Shown here piece by piece: positions 36,314-43,238 of a stretch of 64,000 nt of DNA; the stretch's first letter is position 1, and each line of letters starts with the position of its first letter. The position numbers and the translations under genes were made by a program. Under the pieces are notes generated by a model, which did no database searches, was not told where the DNA came from, and saw only the letters and a list, made by a program, of their open reading frames with translations. The stretch lies in the NCBI GenBank assembly GCA_018304175.1, contig JAGVWT010000002.1:564-64563 (forward strand), in the 5' to 3' direction. Source of the DNA: Candidatus Pacearchaeota archaeon. GTDB lineage: Archaea; Nanobdellota; Nanobdellia; Pacearchaeales; GW2011-AR1.

Positions 36314-36478
36314 TCATATCATATCTAATCCAACTTTTTTTCTCTCGTATTTCATTCTTTTTTGATTCTTTATACTTTTTAGTAATCTTGAGATAGTTTT
36401 TTCTTCATTATATGCAGGAATAATTATGCTTATCTTTATTATTGACTGAATGAATAAAGATTTAAAAGTATTATACAT
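36314..36478 (-). pseudogene. remnant of a family-2 glycosyltransferase gene (N-terminal ~25 aa only)
   Basis: From the ATG at 36478: MYNTFKSLFIQSIIKISIIIPAYNEEKTISRLLKSIKNQ is the GT2 N-terminal signature (IIIPAYNEE). It then diverges and stops after 54 aa. The listed longer ORF runs into the tRNA-Glu duplicate. Confidence 0.5.
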
Positions 36479-36490
36479 ATAAAATAAATA

Positions 36491-36550
36491 GCAAAGCCCC
36501 GTTAGTTCAGTAAAAGAAACCCGATGGTTTCTTTTCAACTTCCTCGAAAC
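36491..36550 (-). repeat. 20-nt duplicate of the tRNA-Glu 5' end (with 5 nt of upstream flank) plus a diverged E-like hairpin
   Basis: gcaaagccccgttagttcag (36491..36510) equals 36603..36622. It is followed by the hairpin AAGAAAC-ccgatg-GTTTCTT and ..cttcctcgaaac (reverse complement gtttcgaggaag, compare E gtttaaac..aggaa). Confidence 0.65.
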
Positions 36551-36607
36551 GCGGAACGGCGATTTCAAATTGCCTCCGACGAAATCGCGGAGAACTCTTG
36601 GAGCAAA

Positions 36608-36826
36608 GCCCCGTTAGTTCAGAGGCCAAGAATGCGGCCCTCTCAACTGATAACTTTATTGGTTTCGGTTTTCTTGGGCTTGAAATAAACAAAGAAGAGT
36701 TATCTCGGCGAGAGAAAAGCTCTTGCTAAATGCAGCTTTGTTTATCGGTTCAGGAAAAGGGTGATTTCCTAACGGAAACTCACCGAGAGAACGGCCGTGA
36801 CCCGAGTTCGAATCTCGGACGGGGCG
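36608..36826 (+). tRNA. tRNA-Glu (anticodon CUC) with a ~146-nt intron at the canonical 37/38 position
   Basis: Exon 1 is GCCCCGT TA GTTC AGAGGCCAA GAAT G CGGCC CTCTCA. Exon 2 is C GGCCG TGAC CCGAG TTCGAAT CTCGG ACGGGGC G. Intron GAGAG (36785..36789) pairs with the anticodon-loop CTCTC. Intron about 36646..36791, junctions +/-2 nt. Confidence 0.8.
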
Positions 36827-36834
36827 TTGTTATG

Positions 36835-36874
36835 AGATGTGTTTTTTATTCAGGTATAAAACAAAAACACATCT
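36835..36874 (+). other. perfect 12-bp hairpin directly downstream of tRNA-Glu
   Basis: agatgtgttttt (36835..36846) pairs perfectly with aaaaacacatct (36863..36874), with a 16-nt loop. Function unknown (processing or termination?). Confidence 0.5.
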
Positions 36875-36880
36875 GTCTGA

Positions 36881-36954
36881 GGTTTGAAAAAATAGTTTAA
36901 GGAAAAGGGGAAAATCGAAAAAAACCACTAGGTTGTTTTCAAGTTCGAATCTCG
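36881..36954 (+). repeat. tRNA-flanking element E (diverged) plus a 13-nt duplicate of the tRNA-Glu T-arm
   Basis: ggtttgaaaaaatagtttaaggaaaaggggaaaatcgaaaaaaaccactaggttgttttc, followed by agttcgaatctcg (36942..36954), which equals 36805..36817. Confidence 0.65.
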
Positions 36955-37026
36955 CTTGAGATAGTAGCATTTACAAAAATGATAAAAAACCAAAACTTTT
37001 ATAAAAGCTTTTTTTCTATTAATAAA

Positions 37027-37073
37027 GTCTAACTTCGGTTAGACGTGGAGGGATGACTTCGGTCTATTCCTCC
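37027..37073 (+). other. two adjacent GC-rich hairpins, each capped by a TTCG tetraloop (candidate small structured RNA)
   Basis: GTCTAAC-TTCG-GTTAGAC (37027..37044) and GGAGGGATGAC-TTCG-GTCTATTCCTCC (37047..37073), in an otherwise AT-rich spacer between tRNA-Glu and dnaG. Confidence 0.4.
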
Positions 37074-37332
37074 TTCATTTTCTTGCAGAGTTTTTTATAA
37101 CCAAAATCCTTAAAAAGTCTCCAAAAGTATAATGTTATTGAAAAATACCGATTAGTATATTTCATTATCAAATTCACAATCACTTTCGTTTTTAGCTTTC
37201 CAGCGAAAGAAACCGTTTGGAATCATTTGAAATAGCAAAAGGCTGTTTTAAGAGCAATGAAAGAATTGCAAGGTATTTTTCTAAGTCTGTTATTATAACA
37301 GAAATTAAGTAAACAAATTAAAATAAAATAAT

Positions 37333-38502
37333 ATGGCTAAAGTAAGCCCAGTATCGATAAAATATATGATTTATGCGAATTTTATTGCAGAAGGTGCTTT
37401 GGAAAAACCTGATGTTATCGGAGCAATATTCGGGCAAACCGAAGGATTGCTTGGAAGCGACTTGGAAATGCGTGATTTGCAGAAAGAAGGAAAAATCGGC
37501 AGAATAGAAGTTGATTTGGAAAGAAGCGAGAAAAAAACAAAGGGACAAATAAAAATCCCAACTGCTTTGGATCAGTCAGAGACTTCTCTAATAGCTGCAG
37601 CAATTGAAACAATTGAAAGAATCGGACCAAGCGACGCGCAGATAGAAGTTGAAAGAATAGAAGACGTGCGCGGAAGCAAAAGAGATTTTATTGTTGAAAG
37701 AGCGAAGAAATTGATGAAAGAACTGCAGTCAGGCGCAGATTCAAGAGAGTTTTCAACTCAAGTCAAAGATTATTCAAGAATTTCTGGAATCACTGAATAT
37801 GGCGATGAAAAACTTCCTGCAGGAGACATTTCTGAAAGAGAAGTAATTGTTGTTGAAGGGCGTGCAGATGTTGTTAACCTATTGAAGAATGGAATAAAAA
37901 ACGTAATAGGAATGAACGGAACAAATCTCCCAAATACTATAAGAGATTTGAGCAGGGAGAAGGAAATCACTTTATTTGTTGACGGAGACAGAGGCGGAAA
38001 ACTCATAGCACGCAACGTTACTGATAATGCAAATGTGAAGTACATTGCAACAGCTCCTGACGGAAAAGAAGTCGAAGAATTAAATGGCAAGGAAATTTTC
38101 ATGTGCCTTAGAAAAAAAGTTCCTGTTGAAGAATTTTTTTACAGGGCAAACAGAAGATTTGATTACAGTGAAAAACCTGTACAAACACCAAGTCGAACAG
38201 CAGAAGTTAAAGAAGAAGATTTAAGCGACAAAGAAAGAGATGAACTCAGGGCAGTTTATGAAAGTAATAAGAAAAGAGGAAAGGCAATAATTCTTGATAG
38301 AAACTTCAAAAAAGTCAAAAGTGTTTCTGCGAAAAGTATTGTTGGTTCTTTAAGAAACCTTGATGAAAAACCATATGCAATAGTAATCGACGGAACGGCA
38401 ACTGCAATTGCTATAAATGCAGCTGAAGACGCAGATTGCAAAGTAGTTGTCGCAGATAATTTTTCTAATACAAGCTCAAAGCTAAAACTTCTGAGCTTGT
38501 AA
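37333..38502 (+). CDS. dnaG: archaeal DnaG-type primase / exosome-associated Toprim protein
   Basis: N-terminus KYMIYANFIAEGALEKPDVIGAIFGQTEGLLG is the archaeal DnaG signature. Toprim core VIVVEGRADVVNL...LFVDGDRGG. Confidence 0.9.
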   Translation: MAKVSPVSIKYMIYANFIAEGALEKPDVIGAIFGQTEGLLGSDLEMRDLQKEGKIGRIEVDLERSEKKTKGQIKIPTALDQSETSLIAAAIETIERIGPSDAQIEVERIEDVRGSKRDFIVERAKKLMKELQSGADSREFSTQVKDYSRISGITEYGDEKLPAGDISEREVIVVEGRADVVNLLKNGIKNVIGMNGTNLPNTIRDLSREKEITLFVDGDRGGKLIARNVTDNANVKYIATAPDGKEVEELNGKEIFMCLRKKVPVEEFFYRANRRFDYSEKPVQTPSRTAEVKEEDLSDKERDELRAVYESNKKRGKAIILDRNFKKVKSVSAKSIVGSLRNLDEKPYAIVIDGTATAIAINAAEDADCKVVVADNFSNTSSKLKLLSL

Positions 38503-38512
38503 TTTTTCTTTT

Positions 38513-39871
38513 TTAATAGTTGTCTAGATGGTTATCTGGATTATCTAAAAATATTCTTAATTTTCTGCCACGAGAAAAGTGGCGTAATTTTCTAATTGCT
38601 TTACCTTCTATTTGACGAATTCTTTCCCTAGTAACTCCAAGATTATCTCCTACTTCTTCTAATAAAAGGTCGTTGTCTTGATTAAATCCAAATCTTTCTC
38701 TTATAACACGTTCTTCTCTTGGAGTTAAAGACATTAAAGAATTAGAGACAACTTTTCTTTTATCATTTTTTACTACATTAGCAAACTGATTTCCATTATC
38801 AACTTCAACATCAATGTCAATTCCTTGATTTTCTTTTATTTCTGACAGTTGGTTATAATTTCCCGTTAAAGTCAAGTGTACATATCCTGAGATTGGATTA
38901 TGCCTGTTTTCTCTTCCAACATTTGGAAGTACATTCCTATTTTTAATTTTTTCAGCAAGTATTTTAATAAAGTCTTCATCAGATTTTCCTTGACGCTTTA
39001 CTTCTTCACATAACTTTATGAATTTTTCTTTTTTATTAGTGGGAATACTGGTGAAATATCCATTTTCAAGAGCATATTTTGATACAGTAGAAGCTACATT
39101 TGTCTTTATAAAACTGGAAATTCTCCCAGCTTCTGGTAGATAATTTTTCATTCTTTTTATTAAAGCTTCTGCACTAACATCTATTAAATCCCCTAATTCT
39201 ACGTAAGAAGGAAGATAATCAACCTTTGGTCTGAATCCGGTAACATATCTAATTTCTTCTTCGTCTTTATCTAATTCCTGCCTTCTACGGACAACATAAA
39301 ATTTGTTTGAACCTTTTAAAAAATCTGATGCAATATGAGTTATGTAAGGCATTGTTTTTGTGATAATTTCATTTATCGTCATTATTTGTTTGTCAGACCT
39401 TGTTTCAACTGTGTCTCCATATCCATCCATCAATTCAGTAAAATATTCTAAACCAAGTTTGTCAATTGCACGCCAACCTTCATCAGGGAAATTTCTTATT
39501 TCATCTAATGTCTTTAAACCAGGATATTCATCTTTTATTAAATCCTTAAATTTATGAGAAGCTTTTCTATTACTTGGTTCTGTAAGTGCATCCATTAAGG
39601 AATTGTATTTTTTAATTCCTATGCTTCTGTTTTCAAAATAACTTCTTACTCTATCAAAATAATTTCTGACTAAAATAGGAGTATGCTTTGTAATTTTGGC
39701 AATTTTGTTTATGTCAAAACTCAAATCAGAATTTCCTCTAGAAATGTGATTATACACATCAGTGAAACGGTCGTCTATTGTTTTTAAACCATTGTTTGCT
39801 TTTACTTGTGCTTCATAATCTTCTTCATACATGCTGTTTTGATTTAATTCTTTATTTATAAATATTCCCAT
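38513..39871 (-). CDS. sigma-70-family-like protein (clear region 4, divergent upstream regions)
   Basis: The C-terminal [50 protein letters not shown] closely parallels RpoD region 4.1/4.2 (LTxRExxVLxxRFG...[29 protein letters not shown]). Confidence 0.65.
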   Translation of the reverse strand: MGIFINKELNQNSMYEEDYEAQVKANNGLKTIDDRFTDVYNHISRGNSDLSFDINKIAKITKHTPILVRNYFDRVRSYFENRSIGIKKYNSLMDALTEPSNRKASHKFKDLIKDEYPGLKTLDEIRNFPDEGWRAIDKLGLEYFTELMDGYGDTVETRSDKQIMTINEIITKTMPYITHIASDFLKGSNKFYVVRRRQELDKDEEEIRYVTGFRPKVDYLPSYVELGDLIDVSAEALIKRMKNYLPEAGRISSFIKTNVASTVSKYALENGYFTSIPTNKKEKFIKLCEEVKRQGKSDEDFIKILAEKIKNRNVLPNVGRENRHNPISGYVHLTLTGNYNQLSEIKENQGIDIDVEVDNGNQFANVVKNDKRKVVSNSLMSLTPREERVIRERFGFNQDNDLLLEEVGDNLGVTRERIRQIEGKAIRKLRHFSRGRKLRIFLDNPDNHLDNY

Positions 39872-39956
39872 AATACAATAATTAATTTATTATTCTCTCT
39901 TATATTCACATAAAAAATCACGACGACATCCAAATTATATAGCTATCTCACTAATC

Positions 39957-39988
39957 GTTACTAACAGTTAGTACTATTTAGTTAGTAA
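39957..39988. promoter_or_regulatory. palindromic candidate operator in a divergent promoter region
   Basis: gTTACTAAC-a-GTTAGTAc (39957..39974) is a near-perfect palindrome. A third half-site GTTAGTAA lies at 39981..39988. It sits between the sigma-70-like gene and the surface-protein gene. Confidence 0.3.
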
Positions 39989-40048
39989 ATTGTGTTGTTA
40001 CCATAAAGTTTATAAATAGCCTTTACACACTAAAAATTAAAGAAAACT

Positions 40049-41260
40049 TTGTTTTCTATCTTAAATAAAATGGAAAAAAGCAAAATGGATGTCACAAAAT
40101 TTTTGGTTTCTTTAGTGACAGTTATGACAGTATTGCTTGTAGCAACAATCAGTGTCAGCGCAACAACAGACGAAATTGTAACAATAGAATCTGTTAAAAT
40201 CGATGGCATCACTGAAGTCTTCAATGAAGATATAAGTGTAATTGCTGGAGAAAAGATTTCTGTACAAGTTATCTTTGAAGCACTTGAAAATGCATCTGAT
40301 GTAAGAATCGAAGCAGAGCTTCGTGGTGTAAAATCAAGTCCTGATGTTGAAGTGCTTGTTGGAGATGTTGAAGAGGGAAAGAGATACATCAAAACTTTGA
40401 GTTTGACTGTGCCTCATGACCTTAAAAACATAGTAAGCGACGACATTGTTTTGGAAATAACAGTCTGGAACAAAGACTTCAAAACAAACGTTGACGAAAT
40501 AACTCTTAGAGTTCAAAGATCAGCATACGATGTTGCTGTAATGTCAGTAGAAACAAGTCAGACAATAAACGCTGGCGATACATTCGCAGTTGATATTGTT
40601 CTAAAGAACATTGGTTACAATGATCTTGACGATTTGTATGTTACTGCAGCAATTCCTGCACTTGGAGTCATATCCAAGGCTTATTTCGGTGACTTGGTTG
40701 CAATAGAAGTAGATGACGACGACTCAGACAAGAGCGACACAGTTAGGGGAAGAATGTACCTTACAATGCCGTTCAGTGCTGGTCAAGGAGTTTACAGCTT
40801 GGAAGTTGGAGTAACAAATGAAGATTTGTCTCTTAGCCAAGTTAAGCAAGTTTTCGTTGCAAACGAAGTACCTAACGAAGTAATAAAATCAGGAAATAGC
40901 TTGATACTTGTAAATCCTTCAAACAAGATTAAGATTTACAATGTTATTCCTGAATCACCAGCTACAGTAAGTAATAGTGTAGTTGTTGTGCCAGCAGGTT
41001 CAAGCAAGACTGTAGAAGTTAGTTCTAACGGAGCAAAGACCTTCACTGTAAATATATTGAGTGGAGACAGACTTGTTGGAACAGTTGACTTCACGGGAAC
41101 TACAGGATTAGGAACAGGATATAGCGATGTGAACACAGCAAGCCCAACAACTGTATTGGTAGTTATTTTGACTATCATATTCGTTGTATTGCTTGTTGCA
41201 TTAATTGTCTTGTTAACTAAGAAACCGGAAAAAGAAGAATTCGGAGAAAGTTATTACTAA
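40049..41260 (+). CDS. cell-surface (S-layer-like/CARDB-like) protein with a C-terminal TM anchor
   Basis: Signal-like N-terminus (FLVSLVTVMTVLLVATISVSA), beta-rich repeats and a C-terminal TM (VLVVILTIIFVVLLVALIVLL). The start may be one of the internal Met codons. Confidence 0.6.
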   Translation: MFSILNKMEKSKMDVTKFLVSLVTVMTVLLVATISVSATTDEIVTIESVKIDGITEVFNEDISVIAGEKISVQVIFEALENASDVRIEAELRGVKSSPDVEVLVGDVEEGKRYIKTLSLTVPHDLKNIVSDDIVLEITVWNKDFKTNVDEITLRVQRSAYDVAVMSVETSQTINAGDTFAVDIVLKNIGYNDLDDLYVTAAIPALGVISKAYFGDLVAIEVDDDDSDKSDTVRGRMYLTMPFSAGQGVYSLEVGVTNEDLSLSQVKQVFVANEVPNEVIKSGNSLILVNPSNKIKIYNVIPESPATVSNSVVVVPAGSSKTVEVSSNGAKTFTVNILSGDRLVGTVDFTGTTGLGTGYSDVNTASPTTVLVVILTIIFVVLLVALIVLLTKKPEKEEFGESYY

Positions 41261-41497
41261 TTTCCTTTATTTTTTTATTTATTTTTGTAATAACTTCTCT
41301 TTTTTATAAAAGAGTTGTGAATTAATAATAATCTATTTTTTGAGGTTAATATTTTGATAAATATTTAGCTTGACAAATAATCACAATAATTTTTATAAAG
41401 GACTTAGTATATAAGCAAATATGGCTATGGTTAAGTATGCAACAGACAACTCTTTCTTGAATAATAACAGGGACAAAAAAATATCGTTGATATTTTT

Positions 41498-41779
41498 TTG
41501 CTGTTGTGGACAATATACCTTGGTAAAGGAAGTGGTTTAGAAGGAAAATTAATAATAAAAAACAAGAATTTAGAATTAAGTGTTGAAGACAAAAAGGATG
41601 TTTACAATGAAGGAGAATGTTTATTTTGTGTTAAATATGAGGATAACGAAGTCTTTAAAGGCCGCCGTCTTTTCGATAACGAAGATTTGCAGGGTGGTTT
41701 AATAGTCCTGGAATCATATCATTTAGGAGAATGGGAATCTGAATTACGGGCTCTCGCTTATGGGTTTGGTAGATTTTAA
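41498..41779 (+). CDS. hypothetical protein
   Basis: 93 aa from a TTG start. An ATG-initiated 39-codon ORF at 41422 lies in another frame just upstream of a T7 run, so the start or frame is uncertain. Confidence 0.35.
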   Translation: MLLWTIYLGKGSGLEGKLIIKNKNLELSVEDKKDVYNEGECLFCVKYEDNEVFKGRRLFDNEDLQGGLIVLESYHLGEWESELRALAYGFGRF

Positions 41780-41781
41780 GC

Positions 41782-42402
41782 TTAACCTAACAACGGCACG
41801 AATAAAAAGCCCGGAATTTTTTCTTTCACAACGAGTTTGTTTTTTGATTTTACGAATTGAGTCATTGTTTGTGTAGATTCGTAAGACTTTCCAATTGGGG
41901 CAACGATAATTCCTGACTGTTTCAACTGCGAAACAAGACGTTCAGGAATTTTTTGAGCTGCAGCACTTATTAAAATTCTGTCAAAAGGTGCTTTGTCTTT
42001 CAAGCCGAAATTTCCATCGCCGTGATAAACTTCAATGTTTTTGTGATTTTTTAAATTCTTTTTCGAATTTTTAACCAGTTCTTCTCTGACTTCCAACCCA
42101 AAAACTTTTCCCTTCTTCCCTACAATTTCTGAAATCAACGCAAGAGCGTAACCACAACCACTTCCTATCTCTAAAACTCTTTGCCTTTTTTTTAATTTTA
42201 AAAGAGATAACATCACAGCAATTGTGTAGGGCTGTGAAATAGTCTGCCCTAAGCCAATCGGCAAAGCAATATCTTGATAAGCATAATTTTTTTTATCTTC
42301 AGGAATGAAATTTTCTCTCTTGACTTTTGAAAAAGCTTCAAGAATCTCGCTTGAAAACTTTTTTTCCTTCAAGCTTTGCAAAAGAATTTCTTTTTGATTC
42401 AT
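41782..42402 (-). CDS. pcm: protein-L-isoaspartate O-methyltransferase
   Basis: GQTISQPYTIAVML, SAM motif VLEIGSGCGYALA, DRILISAAA. Confidence 0.9.
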   Translation of the reverse strand: MNQKEILLQSLKEKKFSSEILEAFSKVKRENFIPEDKKNYAYQDIALPIGLGQTISQPYTIAVMLSLLKLKKRQRVLEIGSGCGYALALISEIVGKKGKVFGLEVREELVKNSKKNLKNHKNIEVYHGDGNFGLKDKAPFDRILISAAAQKIPERLVSQLKQSGIIVAPIGKSYESTQTMTQFVKSKNKLVVKEKIPGFLFVPLLG

Positions 42403-42453
42403 GTATCAAAATACTACAGCAAGATTTAAAAACCTAACACAACAAAAGTTTAG

Positions 42454-42807
42454 ATGACAAAAAAAATCACTCCGAAACATGTTTCAGTAAGTATTATCTT
42501 AAATAAAATCCCTCTCGAAAAAATAGTTCAGGAATCAGTTCTTAGAGACATAGAAGAAAATGTTGGGTTTCTTGCTCTTATGCCTCCTTTAGAAGTTTCT
42601 CCTGATTATAAAGGCGAAGATATTAGTTATCGAAGTTTTTTGAGATATATATCAATTGAAGTGCACCCAACACAAGATGCTTTAAAACCATCATCATATC
42701 ACATTGAGGATTACGCTCACGTCAAAGGAAGTAGAAAAGATAAAGACGGAGTTGCAACAAAAAGGTACACACAAAAAGAAGTAGATGCAATGATAAAAGA
42801 TTTTTAG
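42454..42807 (+). CDS. hypothetical protein
   Basis: 117-aa ORF. Shares a loose PP-x-V...YKG-x-I-x-Y pattern with the next ORF. Confidence 0.4.
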   Translation: MTKKITPKHVSVSIILNKIPLEKIVQESVLRDIEENVGFLALMPPLEVSPDYKGEDISYRSFLRYISIEVHPTQDALKPSSYHIEDYAHVKGSRKDKDGVATKRYTQKEVDAMIKDF

Positions 42808-42821
42808 ATAAAATCACTAAA

Positions 42822-43238
42822 ATGGGATTAAAAGATGTAAGGTTAGAGATAAGGGTTTCAGGAAATATTTCTCCTGAAAAATTATTAGAAATTAATAGTA
42901 ATATTAAATATATTAAAAGATTGCCTCCCTTTAAAGTTGATTATAGGCTTAAAGGAAAAATAATCAACTATGAAAAAGGATATAGGGAAATAAGAGTTTT
43001 GAAAGGGCTTAAATCATTTGAAGAAATGAAAGAAATGGAAACCACAAATGGTTTAAGACCTATAGGAATTTATGATAAATCTCCATTTAATGCTGATTTT
43101 TTACAATATTGGGTTACTGATTGGGCAAATGTTGCAGACACTGAGTATAACAATGGTTTATTACCTGTAGCTGTAAAATTATATAACGAAAGAAAATTGA
43201 ATAGATTAAGGATTAGTAGAATCAAACCTTCAAACTAA
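42822..43238 (+). CDS. hypothetical protein (possible paralogue of 42454..42807)
   Basis: 138-aa ORF, no family motif. Confidence 0.4.
   Translation: MGLKDVRLEIRVSGNISPEKLLEINSNIKYIKRLPPFKVDYRLKGKIINYEKGYREIRVLKGLKSFEEMKEMETTNGLRPIGIYDKSPFNADFLQYWVTDWANVADTEYNNGLLPVAVKLYNERKLNRLRISRIKPSN

Noticed and set aside
36507-36692. 61-aa minus-strand ORF and the N-terminal extension of ORF 36314..36568.
   Set aside because: Both overlap the tRNA-Glu exon 1, its structured leader and the duplicated tRNA fragment. The coding signal is better explained by those RNA elements, so only the GT2 stub from the ATG at 36478 was kept.
41422-41540. Possible frameshift at a T7 run (41491..41497) joining a 39-codon ATG ORF to ORF 41498..41779.
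   Set aside because: Neither part has a recognisable family to show that the fusion restores a known protein. A simple TTG start is equally plausible, so there is insufficient evidence.
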